Shown: in pieces, positions 49,401 through 59,589 of the stretch
Position numbering within the stretch: position 1 is the stretch's first letter
Layout: each line of letters opens with the position of its first letter
Origin: an uncultured Ruminococcus sp.
Lineage (GTDB): Bacteria > Bacillota > Clostridia > Lachnospirales > Lachnospiraceae
NCBI GenBank assembly: GCA_900553885.1
Contig: USFD01000001.1
Location: 35,651 to 99,650, forward strand
Direction of reading: 5' to 3'
Length of the DNA stretch: 64,000 nucleotides
Notes under the pieces: generated by a model
What the model saw: the letters and a program-made list of their open reading frames with translations, nothing else
Told to the model about the DNA's origin: nothing
Databases searched by the model: none
Made by a program: the position numbers and the translations under genes

Positions 49401-49948
49401 TGATCCGGAATTCCATGATCCTGCAGTTCGAGAAAATAATTTCCTTCCCCGAAAATATCCCTGTACTCCAGTGCTGTCTTCTTCGCCTCTTCATACAGTC
49501 CTTTGACAATATATCTCTGCACCTCGCCTGCCAGGCATGCGCTCAGAGCAATAATGCCGCTGTGATACTCCCTCAGAAGCGCTTTGTCTACTCTGGGCCG
49601 GTAATAATATCCATCCACAAATCCCTTTGAAACAATCTTCATCAGGTTGGCATATCCCTCATTATTTTCCGCCAGAAGCACAAGGTGATAATACCTGTCG
49701 TCTCCGCCTGTCACTTCACGGTCAAATCTGGAATTGGGGGCTACATAGACTTCGCAGCCGAGTATCGGGTTGATCCCCTGTTTTTTCGCCTCCCGGTAAA
49801 AATCAATTACGCCGTACATCACCCCGTGATCCGTAATCGCCGCGCTGTTCATTCCAAGTTCCTTAACCCGGGATACATATTCTTTTATTTTATTTGATCC
49901 GTCCAGCAGACTGTACTCCGTATGGACATGTAAGTGTACAAAACTCAT
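46475..49948 (-). CDS. dnaE: DNA polymerase III alpha subunit (DnaE-type)
   Basis: The protein begins with a PHP N-terminus (FVHLHVHTEYSLLDG). The catalytic motifs PDIDVDF and LKMDFLGLRTLTV and the fingers motif FNKSHAAAYAVVAYQTAW are present. It is 1157 aa. Confidence 0.9.
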   Translation of the reverse strand: MSFVHLHVHTEYSLLDGSNKIKEYVSRVKELGMNSAAITDHGVMYGVIDFYREAKKQGINPILGCEVYVAPNSRFDREVTGGDDRYYHLVLLAENNEGYANLMKIVSKGFVDGYYYRPRVDKALLREYHSGIIALSACLAGEVQRYIVKGLYEEAKKTALEYRDIFGEGNYFLELQDHGIPDQTLVNQQLLKMSADTGIELVATNDVHYTYAEDAKAHDILLCIQTGKKLADENRMRYEGGQYYVKSPEEMERLFPYALRALDNTQKIADRCHVEIEFGVTKLPKYDVPDGYTSWEYLQKLCREGLEKRYPEVTDELRERLDYELSTIKNMGYVDYFLIVWDFIKYAKDHGIAVGPGRGSAAGSIVSYCLGITTIDPIRYQLLFERFLNPERVSMPDIDVDFCFERRQEVIDYVVRKYGKDRVVQIVTFGTLAARGVIRDVGRVMDLPYAFVDTIAKMIPQEPNITIDKALVENPELRRTYETDPQVKELIDMAKRLEGLPRHSSMHAAGVVISQKPVDEYVPLSRAADGSITTQFTMTTLEELGLLKMDFLGLRTLTVIQNAVRMARKKDPSLDMEKIDYNDQDVLNYIGTGKTDGIFQLESAGMKSFMKELKPHSLEDIIAGISLYRPGPMDFIPQYIRGKNDPSSITYDCPQLEPILKPTYGCIVYQEQVMQIVRDLGGYTLGRSDLLRRAMSKKKGDVMKKERQIFVYGDEETGVPGCIRNGIDEKTANKIYDEMIDFAKYAFNKSHAAAYAVVAYQTAWLKYYYPVEFMAALMTSVIENPSKVAEYIYACRQMNISILPPDINKGEADFSVDNGNIRYGLAAIKSVGKPVIQAIVEERTAYGPYKNLEDFITRLSPKEVLNKRAIENFIKSGALDTLGGTRKQFMSIYVQIVDHVNQEKKYSMAGQMSLFDMASDDQKEEFLIRFPDVGEYTKENLLAFEKEVLGVYISGHPLEEYEEKWRKVISATSADFQPDEESRKPKVQDGAKEIIGGMITDKTVKHTKTNQMMAFVTVEDLFGTVEVVVFPRDYEKNREYLEPDSKVFIRGRVSAEDEKASKLICEKVIPFERTKKQLWIQFPDKASYLDDEEIVYGYLADSEGDDEVVIYCAKERAVKRFPKNRNIRINPQILSRLMNHYGESRVKVVEKAIENHF

Positions 49949-50101
49949 CCGTTCCTCCCTGATAAAAACTTCCGCTGTGTGTTGCAGAACCCTTATACAA
50001 AAAGGGCGGTTTCCTCTCCGGAAACTGCCCTCTGCTTCACTCTTGTTTTCCTCTCATCTGTCAGAGGAATCCCGATATGGCTTTCCTTCGCTCCGAAAGC
50101 C

Positions 50102-50341
50102 TTATTTTCCTCCGTGCATCATAAAGTTGATCAGCTTATCTGTATCTTCCGGCTCGTATGCGATCACTTCAAGCTCCGGAATCTCTCCGTTTGAAAAGAT
50201 ATTTGCCATAGATACATACTGGGAAAGCTTTGACTTCAGATTCAGTCTGTCGCCCTCGCCTGTAACAAGCTCAACTTTTCCTTTGCAGGAATCAACTACT
50301 TTAAAAAATCCCTCGATATCTGATATATTCTGAACTTTCAT
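50102..50341 (-). CDS. Small HPr-like protein lacking the His15 phosphorylation motif
   Basis: The segments RLNLKSKLSQYVSMA and ELEVIAYEPEDTDKLINFM parallel HPr/Crh KVNLKSIMGVMSLG and EITIYADGSDEKEAIAAL. No GIHARPA-like segment is present. Confidence 0.3.
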   Translation of the reverse strand: MKVQNISDIEGFFKVVDSCKGKVELVTGEGDRLNLKSKLSQYVSMANIFSNGEIPELEVIAYEPEDTDKLINFMMHGGK

Positions 50342-51013
50342 TTTCTCTCCTCCTTAAATGAAGCTTCACATTACGGTTACTTCCAGGAATGCTGCTTTGC
50401 ACTCCTATTGCTTATTATACCTTATTTCCCCGGGATTGCAAGCTTTAATTCGGATTTGTCGAAGGGAACTTAGATTAAGAAATACCGAAAATATTCAGAA
50501 GTTCTGAATAGAATCGGACGGAGATACCGGATATGGAGTTCTGGCTCCGCTCCGGAATCTTAGAAAAACAGGAGATCCGGAATCCGATTAAAAGCAATGC
50601 CTGAGATGAAAACTCACGATGTTCGGACAGCTTCATCTCAGGCATTAACATCAGATTCCAGATCCCCTGCTTTTTTGACAGATTCCTCCAAGTCACCAGG
50701 ATTCCATATCCGGCATCTCCTGTGTATTCTATCCGTGAGAAACTTCTGTGTATTTCTGTTTTCCCAAAACAGAACTTCTTTTCGCAATTCCTCGTAAAAC
50801 AAAGCCCAAAGGGAGCTTTAACGGCCCGGATTATCGATTTCGCCGGTAAGGCTCTCCTTTCTTATATGCCTGTTTCGGACGAATTCCTTCAGTAAGTTTT
50901 CGGAGAAAAATCTGTTTTATTTTATTTTTTTTAATTAGAAAATTCTGGTTTTTATTGAATCTGTTCGGCATTCAATCTAAAATAACGGTAAAGATTGCAG
51001 GAGACTAATAGGG

Positions 51014-52855
51014 ATGCGGAAGATAAAGGAACTCTATTCCAGATTGATAAAAGTGAAATTGTCAAATCAGATTATTTTTGTAATTGCTGTGATTTGTCTG
51101 ATGCAGATTATAGGTACATTTTTGATGTATATTTATTTTTATAACATTCGTAAAGATGAGATTATAGGAAATAATATGCAGATGCTCCATCAGGCAAACA
51201 GTAATTATTTCTCGGGAATTGTAGAAGAATTGTCTGCAGCATCCAGAGATGTATTTGTAGACGAAGTGTTCTGGGAAAACAGTGGGCAGGCTTCTGGTAC
51301 GGAAGATAATCAGATCTATAATATACTGGCAAATCAATATCAGACGAGAAACACTATTGACAGCATTTATCTCTTTTCAAGTACTTCTGACAAACTGTAT
51401 ATCATGGATGACGTTTCATTTAACGAGATCCCCATTGTTACAACGGCGGGGAGTACATTGTATCTTGTGGATGATCAGGATCTTGGACTTATGCCATGGT
51501 TTATGAAGGCGAAGCAAAATGGAGGAGGTCTTACGGTTACAAAAGACCGTGCAATCAGAGACGGTTCAAAAGAGATTATCTGCTTTTCCAGATATATCCA
51601 GTATCCTTTGAAAAATGATAATTACTATTTTATTATTTCTGTAAATATGAATAAAAGCAGGCTGGATGATCTTCACAGCCAGCTAGATGATAAAGAGGAG
51701 TCTCTGATTATTTATGACGATGAACTTCAGCAGATTTATGCCAGCGAGGAAAGAGGTGAAAAGGATTATCAGATGATTCGGTCTGCAATCAGTCGGCAGG
51801 AAAAAACCAGTTACTGGTTTACAGAGGAAATTGAGGGGGAAAAATGTATCGTTATAGGGGATAATTCCGCCACAGAAGATTGGACAATGGTAAAAATCAT
51901 ACCGGAAAATCAGGCACTGGCAAGTGTCCGGCTTCAGTTTATTATTAACTGCATGGTGATTTTTGCTATGTTTATTCTGGGAGGTTGGGCATTGTATTAT
52001 ATTATAAACCGTACGACCAGACCGATTGAAAATCTGGCTCATACAATGAGGCATTACAGACAGGGGGAACAGTATGAAGATATGGTCCCCGAAGGGTGCA
52101 ATGATGAAGTGGCAACATTGTACCGAAGCTTTGAACAGATGAATGAAAGGATTAACCGTCTCATTGAATCAGAATATCAGAGTCAGATTCAGGAGAAACA
52201 GGCCCGGCTCGAAGCGCTTCAGGCGCAGCTTGACCCCCATTTTCTGTACAATACACTTCAGACAATAAGCGGCATTGCTATAGAAAAAGGGGTGCCGGAG
52301 ATTGAGATGATTGATAATTCTTTAAGCCGCATCCTCCGTTATAATCTGAACAGTGGAAAGACCCTTGTCACAGTTGCGGAGGAGATGGGGATTGTCAGAG
52401 ATTATATCGAAATACAGAAATTTCGTTTTGGAGACCGGCTTTGTCTAAGAGTAAAACTGTCAAAAGAAACGTTGGAGAGCAGAGTGCCGGTTTTTACTCT
52501 CCAGCTTGCTGTTGAAAATGCGATCAAGCATGGAATGGAGACGACTATTGAAAATGTTGAAATTTCTGTATCTGACCATATTACAGAAAAAACCAGAGAA
52601 TTTATTATTGAAGATAATGGAAGGGGCATAGAAGAAGAACGGCTGAAGGAAGTAAAGAAAATGCTGAAAAACAGCCACGAAATGAAAAGACAGGGCTATA
52701 ATCAGAAAGGCCTGGCGAATTTGAATGAACGGATCAAACAATACTTTGGCAGCGGGTACGGCGTTCAAATAGAACGGAGAAAAGAACGCGGGACCATTGT
52801 AAAGGTAACTCTGCCGAAAGGAGAGAGCGTGAATGATAAAAGTGCTGATAGCTGA
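51014..52855 (+). CDS. Sensor histidine kinase (YesM/LytS-type, His_kinase + HATPase_c)
   Basis: It has an N-terminal TM helix, a second TM segment around residue 300 and a HAMP-like region. The H-box LDPHFLYNTLQTISGIA and a C-terminal ATPase region are present. Confidence 0.8.
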   Translation: MRKIKELYSRLIKVKLSNQIIFVIAVICLMQIIGTFLMYIYFYNIRKDEIIGNNMQMLHQANSNYFSGIVEELSAASRDVFVDEVFWENSGQASGTEDNQIYNILANQYQTRNTIDSIYLFSSTSDKLYIMDDVSFNEIPIVTTAGSTLYLVDDQDLGLMPWFMKAKQNGGGLTVTKDRAIRDGSKEIICFSRYIQYPLKNDNYYFIISVNMNKSRLDDLHSQLDDKEESLIIYDDELQQIYASEERGEKDYQMIRSAISRQEKTSYWFTEEIEGEKCIVIGDNSATEDWTMVKIIPENQALASVRLQFIINCMVIFAMFILGGWALYYIINRTTRPIENLAHTMRHYRQGEQYEDMVPEGCNDEVATLYRSFEQMNERINRLIESEYQSQIQEKQARLEALQAQLDPHFLYNTLQTISGIAIEKGVPEIEMIDNSLSRILRYNLNSGKTLVTVAEEMGIVRDYIEIQKFRFGDRLCLRVKLSKETLESRVPVFTLQLAVENAIKHGMETTIENVEISVSDHITEKTREFIIEDNGRGIEEERLKEVKKMLKNSHEMKRQGYNQKGLANLNERIKQYFGSGYGVQIERRKERGTIVKVTLPKGESVNDKSADS

Positions 52856-53558
52856 TGATGAAAGTATTATCCGCAGGACAATACGGCTGATTGGAAACTG
52901 GGATGAAAATGATATGGAGATTATAGGCGAAGCGAAAAACGGAATAGAAGCGGTAGAACTTATTCGGGAAAAGTCTCCGGATCTGATTCTTCTGGATATG
53001 AAGATGCCGGGATATTCCGGCGAAGAGGTAATGAATATTATTAAGGAAAATAATACGGGCAGCTCTGTTATTGTAATCAGTGGATATGATGACTTTCAAT
53101 TTGCAAAAGTTGCTTTGAAATACGGAGCTATGGATTATATACTGAAGCCCATAGACAGACATGAACTGAATTGTGCACTGGAGAAAGTACATAAAAAATA
53201 TTCCGATAATCCGGAAAGTAATGGAATTGTCCGGCAAAAAGATATAGCAGAGCAGATCAAAGACCGTATTGACAGGGAATATGCAGAAGATATATCCCTC
53301 AGTAGTCTGGCGGCGGAATATTATGTAAACAAAGATGTTCTTTCGCGTACATTTAAAAAGAAATATGGGAGAGGATTAACAGGTTATATTAATCATGTAA
53401 GACTTGAGCAGGCCAAAGCTTATCTTCTGGCCGGCTACAGCAGCACACAGGCAGCGGAACTTGTTGGATATCATGACGTAAATTATTTCAGCAGAATATT
53501 TAAAAAAACATATGGAATCTCCCCGACAAATTTCGTCAGCCAGTCGCCTTTATCCTAA
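52833..53558 (+). CDS. Response regulator with AraC-type HTH output (YesN-like)
   Basis: The receiver domain shows MIKVLIADDE...LILLDMKMPG. A C-terminal AraC HTH is present. It overlaps the kinase gene. Confidence 0.8.
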   Translation: MIKVLIADDESIIRRTIRLIGNWDENDMEIIGEAKNGIEAVELIREKSPDLILLDMKMPGYSGEEVMNIIKENNTGSSVIVISGYDDFQFAKVALKYGAMDYILKPIDRHELNCALEKVHKKYSDNPESNGIVRQKDIAEQIKDRIDREYAEDISLSSLAAEYYVNKDVLSRTFKKKYGRGLTGYINHVRLEQAKAYLLAGYSSTQAAELVGYHDVNYFSRIFKKTYGISPTNFVSQSPLS

Positions 53559-54017
53559 AATAAAAGGAGAAGAGTTGTTATACTTTTTATTTGAATTTGT
53601 GGGTGGAGAAAGTTTCCGCCGGGGAGTCCGGATATGGTGCCGGAGAGCACGCTTTTGCTCGGATCGCGGCGCAGCGGTACATAAGAGCGCAAAAGACGCG
53701 CTCTAAGTGCCGGCGCCGCTTTACGGCTCTCCATCACCATACCCGGACTCCCCGGCTGCGCTTTCCCACTCACAATTCCAAATTCAGACAGGAAGGGAAG
53801 AAGACAGAACTTTATCGGCTGATACGGGAACTGTGTTCTGTGCTGATATTTGAAAACAGGTTCATTTCCTGTTTGAAAAGCAGAAACCGGATAAGCAGTT
53901 GGCCGTAGTCGAAAAAAATCTGTCTTCGTTTTCCTGGTTGCAGTTGAAATTATCGGTGGCAGTGCCGATTGGATAAGAACAGAAAATGGCGGAATACGGA
54001 CGGCGGGATGCGCCTTT

Positions 54018-54225
54018 CGGATAGCAGCTGCGGGAAATTTCAGCGACTTGAAGCGTAATTTAGTAAAAATTAAAACCCTGAGTTCAGGCGTTAGGATTTT
54101 CAATGGATCTGTCCGAACGGAACGTGAGTTTCCATTGAAAATCCTGTTTTTAGCCTGTGCTCAGGGTTTTGTAGTTTTAATTATTACGCGGAACGGAGCT
54201 GAAATTTCCCGCAGCTGCTATCCGA
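54018..54225. repeat. 208-bp imperfect palindrome with perfect 27-bp termini (cggatagcagctgcgggaaatttcagc ... gctgaaatttcccgcagctgctatccg)
   Basis: This was read directly from the sequence. The internal arms also pair (aggattttcaatgga / tccattgaaaatcct and aaaccctgag / ctcagggttt). It lies in the 900-bp gap upstream of the ABC operon. Confidence 0.75.
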
Positions 54226-54457
54226 AAACGATTTATTCTCACTTCGTATTCTGACATTTTCGGACTTTTTTTCAATCGCATGCCGCAGAAAAATTCGAAT
54301 TTTTATCGGTTTTGTCCTAAAAACAGTCTGAATCGTCTATATATTTTGCCCTTCTCGGAGAATATGATAAAGATAGTTCAAAGAAGTAAAACTTTTGAAT
54401 ACCAGAACGAAAAATGTCAGTATATGACGCATTATTATGTGAAAAGGAGGAAAAAAG

Positions 54458-55759
54458 ATGAGAAAAAGGAAACTTTATTCAACTGTTTTGTCAGCTGCAC
54501 TTGTGTCGGCAATGGTTTTGACCGCATGCTCCGGTTCATCTGGAGGAGGCGGAGGAGAAGGCGGTTCTTCAGGAGATGCTGTAGAGCTGGAATTTTTGTT
54601 TGGAGATCCGAACAGGACGGAGATTTTCAGTCGTATTGTAGAAGATTTTAACAGCAGTCAGGACGAAGTACATGTTACATTCAACGCAACGGGTACCAAT
54701 CATCTGGAGGAGCTGATGACCAGACTGGCTACAGATGACGTGCCGGATCTTACCAGCCAGCTTCAGGGATTTGAGCTTGCCAGCTATGTGGACGCCGGAT
54801 ATATCAAAGATATCAAGGATGAGCCTTATATGCAATATATCCGTGAGACAGAACTTGATACGGTAACGATAGATGGAGGGGTATATGGTATCCCAATGGA
54901 TACACAGGCCTGGGGCGTATTTTATAACAAAGAATTATTTGAACAGGCTGGAATTGAAGATGTTCCCAAAACAGTGACAGAACTGGAAGACTGTGTGGAC
55001 AAATTAAATGATGCCGGGATTACACCTTTTGCCGCGGGATACGCTACGGAGTGGACGATAGGGCAGTTTTTAGGATACGGGGCATCCTCTATTCTGACTC
55101 CGGCGGCTGTGGAGCTGGGAGATAACTACAAAAAAGGCAACTGGACCTTTGATCAGCCGGGAATTGATACGGCTTTTGATGTACTTGACCTGGTGGCGGA
55201 TAACACACAGGACAGGCCGTTTGATACAGACGTGTCAGGGCAGTATGCAGTTTTTGCAAAAGGAGAGGCAGCTATGATGCTGCAGGGCAACTGGTCTATT
55301 CTTCAGATAAGGGAGCTGAATCCGGATATAAGTATGGGAATGTTCCCGCTGCCTATCTCGGAAAATGAGGAAGATCTGCTGTTTCCGAAACAGTACGGAT
55401 TTGTAATAAATGTGCTGGCAAATACGGATAAGGATCCGGAGAAGGCGGATGCAATCAATAAATTCATGGAGTTTTTCCTGAATCCGGAAAACGGCGGCGG
55501 ATATTATTATGACGAGATTGGCATACCTACGGCTAATGCTGTGGCAGAGCCAAAACTGGATGAAGCGTCGGAAATTCTCCAGACCTATCTTCAGGATGAA
55601 AAAACAGTATTTACTTACTATGCTTATGAGCCGGCAGGTTTTGATGCAGAGTCATGGAAAGTGACCGTTCAGTATCTGAATTCCGGAGAAAAGGATCATG
55701 CAAAGCTGATTGAGGATTTTGACGCTGCATTTGACAAATATGCAGATGCGCTGGAGTAA
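54458..55759 (+). CDS. Sugar ABC transporter substrate-binding lipoprotein
   Basis: It has a lipobox (LTACSG), a Gly/Ser linker and an SBP_bac_1-like body. Confidence 0.8.
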   Translation: MRKRKLYSTVLSAALVSAMVLTACSGSSGGGGGEGGSSGDAVELEFLFGDPNRTEIFSRIVEDFNSSQDEVHVTFNATGTNHLEELMTRLATDDVPDLTSQLQGFELASYVDAGYIKDIKDEPYMQYIRETELDTVTIDGGVYGIPMDTQAWGVFYNKELFEQAGIEDVPKTVTELEDCVDKLNDAGITPFAAGYATEWTIGQFLGYGASSILTPAAVELGDNYKKGNWTFDQPGIDTAFDVLDLVADNTQDRPFDTDVSGQYAVFAKGEAAMMLQGNWSILQIRELNPDISMGMFPLPISENEEDLLFPKQYGFVINVLANTDKDPEKADAINKFMEFFLNPENGGGYYYDEIGIPTANAVAEPKLDEASEILQTYLQDEKTVFTYYAYEPAGFDAESWKVTVQYLNSGEKDHAKLIEDFDAAFDKYADALE

Positions 55760-55807
55760 AAATGATTTCAGGCGGGGCGGAGAAATATCTCTGTCCCGCT
55801 GCCGGAG

Positions 55808-56686
55808 GTGACAGGTATGAAAAGCAGGAAAAAGAAAAGAGAAGCAGTTGATTTTATAAGATTTGTTTTCCCGATGCTGGCGCTGTATACGCTCTTTTTT
55901 ATTGTCCCTTTATTTCAGACAATCGGTTTTTCGTTTACAGACTACAATGGGATTAATCCAAGACGGAAATTCATAGGATTTGACAATTACATAGATGTAT
56001 TTCACGATGAACTTTTCTATAATTCTATGAGGTTTACTGTACTTTCTGCTTTACTGCTGATTGTTGCGGCCAATGTGTTGGGGTTTCTGCTTGCCCTTGC
56101 ATTGAACAGAAAGATCAGAAGTAGAAATATACTGAGAGCTGTGATTTTCTGTCCATTTATATTCAACAATGTAACGGTAGGGTTTATCTGGCAGTTTCTC
56201 CTGGGAAGATTCATGACAGATCTGTACCCCATGACCGGATGGGAGATCTTCCGTATAGGGTGGCTTTCTGAGGAAAGTCTGGTGCTGTATTCTGTTGTGG
56301 CAGTAAAACTATGGCAGTCTATTGGTTATTTTATGGTAATTTATCTTGCAGGCCTGCAAATGCTGCCTCAGGATCCTGTAGAAGCAGCAGTGATTGACGG
56401 ATGTACCGGGATGAAACAGATCAGATACATTACGCTTCCTCTTATGAAACCGACGATTTTTGTATGCTTGTTTCTGGCAGTTACCGAGAGCCTGAATATG
56501 TTTCCATTGTTAATGAGTCTGACAAATGGAGGCCCGGGACACGCGTCAGAAAATATATCCCTTTATATTTACAATGAAGCCTTTAAAAGCCACAGAATGG
56601 GGTATGCTTCCGCGTTGGCCGTAGTGCTTACAATTGTAATTTCTGTAGTGGCCGCACTGCAGATGAGACTGACAAAGGAGGACTAA
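55808..56686 (+). CDS. Carbohydrate ABC transporter permease (MalF/UgpA-type)
   Basis: It has 6 TM segments and an EAA-like loop. Confidence 0.75.
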   Translation: MTGMKSRKKKREAVDFIRFVFPMLALYTLFFIVPLFQTIGFSFTDYNGINPRRKFIGFDNYIDVFHDELFYNSMRFTVLSALLLIVAANVLGFLLALALNRKIRSRNILRAVIFCPFIFNNVTVGFIWQFLLGRFMTDLYPMTGWEIFRIGWLSEESLVLYSVVAVKLWQSIGYFMVIYLAGLQMLPQDPVEAAVIDGCTGMKQIRYITLPLMKPTIFVCLFLAVTESLNMFPLLMSLTNGGPGHASENISLYIYNEAFKSHRMGYASALAVVLTIVISVVAALQMRLTKED

Positions 56687-56689
56687 AAG

Positions 56690-57520
56690 ATGAAAGAGAA
56701 AAAGAGTACAAACCGGATTCTGACTGCACTGCTCTGGCTGTTATGTATCTGCATGTTCCTCCCCATGGTTTTTATTATTATCAATGCATTTAAGCCTTTT
56801 GATCAGGTTGTAATGGATCCGTTGGCTCTGCCGGAGGTATGGAATCTGGACAATTTCAGAGAAGTGATGAAAACGGGAAATTACGTAAAAGTATTCGCCA
56901 ATACAATTTATTTTGCTTTGTTGAGCGGAATAATCGTAATCGGTCTGGGCTCGATGGCGGGATATAAGCTGGCCAGAATGAATAACAGAACAGGTCGGAT
57001 TACATCACTGGTGTTTATGGTAGCTATGATGCTGCCGTTTCCTGTAATAATGATTCCGCTGGCTGTGGTAGCGTCTGATCTGCATATTTCGAACAATCTG
57101 ACCCTGATATCTGTGCTGAACGCAGGGTTTTCATGTTCACTGGCAGTTATTATGTATACGCAGGCGGTAAAATCTATTCCCCGGGAACTGGACGAGTGCG
57201 CGCAGATTGACGGATGCAACGGGTATCCCTTTTTCTTCCGGATCATATTTCCGCTACTGCGTCCGATAACAGGCACCGTTGCAGTGCTCTATTTTATTCG
57301 ATACTGGAATGATCTGCTGCTTCCAATGATTCTGATTTCTGATAAGAAATTATATACGATTCCTCTCTCTCAGCTGGCGTTTTACAATCAGTTCACGCAG
57401 AACAGATGGAATCTTCTGCTTGCGTCGGGGCTTATGGCTATTGTTCCGGTTATAATACTGTATCTGTTTGCCCAGAAAACAATTATTAAAGGAATTGCCG
57501 CAGGTGCGGTAAAGGGGTAA
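56690..57520 (+). CDS. Carbohydrate ABC transporter permease (MalG/UgpE-type)
   Basis: It has an EAA-like motif and begins 4 nt after the previous permease gene. Confidence 0.75.
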   Translation: MKEKKSTNRILTALLWLLCICMFLPMVFIIINAFKPFDQVVMDPLALPEVWNLDNFREVMKTGNYVKVFANTIYFALLSGIIVIGLGSMAGYKLARMNNRTGRITSLVFMVAMMLPFPVIMIPLAVVASDLHISNNLTLISVLNAGFSCSLAVIMYTQAVKSIPRELDECAQIDGCNGYPFFFRIIFPLLRPITGTVAVLYFIRYWNDLLLPMILISDKKLYTIPLSQLAFYNQFTQNRWNLLLASGLMAIVPVIILYLFAQKTIIKGIAAGAVKG

Positions 57521-57525
57521 AAATT

Positions 57526-59589
57526 ATGTATAAAGAAACAAAGATAAAAGATGTAAAGATTAAGGGAGGGCTGCTGTACGAAAAAAGAAAAGTGGCGGCA
57601 GAAAAAACAGTCCCGTATATTAAAAAAGCTCTGAATAATGAGATAGAAGGGATATGCCCAAGCGGAGCTTTTGAAAATTTCAAAGCAGCAGCCGGAAAGT
57701 CGGAGAAAAAGTTTTACGGACTGGTATCCCAGGACAGTGATCTGTTCAAATGGATCGAAGCAGCGTCTTTTGCTCTTCAGTTTGAGTATGATGAGAAGGA
57801 ACGGAATATGAAAAGTCCGGCACAGCCGGAACACGATATAATATCCCGGGCAGAAGCGGGATGCGGAGAGATCGAAGAGCAGATCAGAAGTGATCTTGAT
57901 AAAGCTGTTTCACTGCTTGATGATGCACAGCAGAAAAACGGGTATCTGAATTCTTATTATATTTTAAATGGACTAAAAGATCGCTGGCATTATCTGAAAG
58001 AATCCTGTCAGCTGTACTGTGCCGGCCACCTCATGGAAGCAGCAGCAGCGGACTATGAGGTTACAGGTGAAACAGAGCTTCTGGACATTGCCCGGAAATA
58101 CGCAGACTGTATCGGGCGGGCATTTGGAACGGAGAAAGGGAAAATACACGGATATGACGGACACGCGGAGGTGGAGATGGGGCTGTATCGTCTGTATGAG
58201 GTTACCCGGATAAATCGGTACAGAAAGCTGGCCGACTATTTTGTGGAAGAACGAGGAAAGAGTCCTTGCTTTTTTTCAACGGAAAAAAGGAATGGGGATG
58301 TGTCGGATAATCTGGTATATGAACTGGAGGAAGTGGATTACAGACACTCCCAGTCACATATGCCCATCCGCGAACAGAAAGAAGCTATGGGACATGCGGT
58401 AAAAGCTATGTATTTTTATACTGCAGCTGCAGAGAAAGCAAGATTAGATGAAGACGAAGCACTTTTTCATACGCTGAAAATTTTGTGGAACAGTGTAACG
58501 AAAGAGAAGATGTATCTGACAGGAGCAATCGGAGCGTCTGAATATGGTGAGAGCTTTAGTTATCCTTTTGATCTCCCTCCGGATCTGATGTACGGAGAAA
58601 CCTGCGCGGCTATCGGATTATTTCTTTTCGCCTACAGGATGCTTCTGTCAGAGGTGGATTCCTGCTATGGTGATGTAATGGAAAGGACTTTGTATAACGG
58701 CATTCTTGCTGGAATGTCTGAAAGCGGCACAGAGTTCTTTTATACCAATGCGCTGGAAATCGACCCCGAAAAATGTGAAAAAAGAAAAGACCATATGCAT
58801 CTCCAGCCGGTACGGCAGCCTTGGTTTGACTGTCCATGCTGTCCGCCTAATATTGCGCGGCTGCTTCTGAGTCTGAATAGATATATCTATACTGCGGATG
58901 AAGAATGTCTTAACATTCATCTTTTCAGCGAGAGCATCTTTTCTGCAGAGGGATGGGTGGCGGAAATGAAAACAGAATATCCTGAAAATGGAAATATAAA
59001 ACTGAACGTTACAAAAACGACCAGTGGGCAGGGAAAGGTGAAAATCCGGGTTCCTCAATGGTGCAGGGAGGCATCTTATAGTGTGAGAGGAGAATCGGTT
59101 TCACCCGAAGTAGAAAAGGGATATGCTGTATTTCTGACAGGAGAAGGCGATAGCCTGGAGATCGATATATCCATGCCTATGGTTCCGCAAAAAATCTATG
59201 CTGATATACGGGTGAAAGATCTGATAGGAAAAGCGGCGGTTATGCGCGGCCCTGTCGTATATTGTGCAGAAGAAGTGGATAATGGAGAACTTTCAGTTTT
59301 GTTCTGGAAGGACAGGGGGGAAATGATCTGGAAAAAGGGCCCGGCAGCCGGAACGCCTGATTCTGAACAGATTATTGCAGAAGGATGGCGCTGTAAATCG
59401 GACAGAGATGAACTGTATACTGTACAGTCTCCCTGTTTTGAAAAAACGCAGATAACACTGATCCCATATTATCGCTGGAACAACAGAGGAAAAGGAGCTA
59501 TGAGGGTATTTCTGAACACTTTGTTTGCGGCAGATGGAATGACAGGTTTTATGACAGAACAACAGGAGGAAAAAGATGAAAAAGAATAG
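57526..59589 (+). CDS. Glycoside hydrolase family 127 (beta-L-arabinofuranosidase, DUF1680)
   Basis: The conserved Cys motifs WFDCPCCPPNIARLL and GETCAAIG match GH127 zinc-site cysteines. Confidence 0.7.
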   Translation: MYKETKIKDVKIKGGLLYEKRKVAAEKTVPYIKKALNNEIEGICPSGAFENFKAAAGKSEKKFYGLVSQDSDLFKWIEAASFALQFEYDEKERNMKSPAQPEHDIISRAEAGCGEIEEQIRSDLDKAVSLLDDAQQKNGYLNSYYILNGLKDRWHYLKESCQLYCAGHLMEAAAADYEVTGETELLDIARKYADCIGRAFGTEKGKIHGYDGHAEVEMGLYRLYEVTRINRYRKLADYFVEERGKSPCFFSTEKRNGDVSDNLVYELEEVDYRHSQSHMPIREQKEAMGHAVKAMYFYTAAAEKARLDEDEALFHTLKILWNSVTKEKMYLTGAIGASEYGESFSYPFDLPPDLMYGETCAAIGLFLFAYRMLLSEVDSCYGDVMERTLYNGILAGMSESGTEFFYTNALEIDPEKCEKRKDHMHLQPVRQPWFDCPCCPPNIARLLLSLNRYIYTADEECLNIHLFSESIFSAEGWVAEMKTEYPENGNIKLNVTKTTSGQGKVKIRVPQWCREASYSVRGESVSPEVEKGYAVFLTGEGDSLEIDISMPMVPQKIYADIRVKDLIGKAAVMRGPVVYCAEEVDNGELSVLFWKDRGEMIWKKGPAAGTPDSEQIIAEGWRCKSDRDELYTVQSPCFEKTQITLIPYYRWNNRGKGAMRVFLNTLFAADGMTGFMTEQQEEKDEKE

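Noticed and set aside
53555-54103. 182-aa minus-strand ORF spanning the regulator-SBP intergenic region
   Set aside because: It runs through the 208-bp palindrome and a GC-rich non-coding spacer. Its composition is low-complexity with no RBS or motifs.
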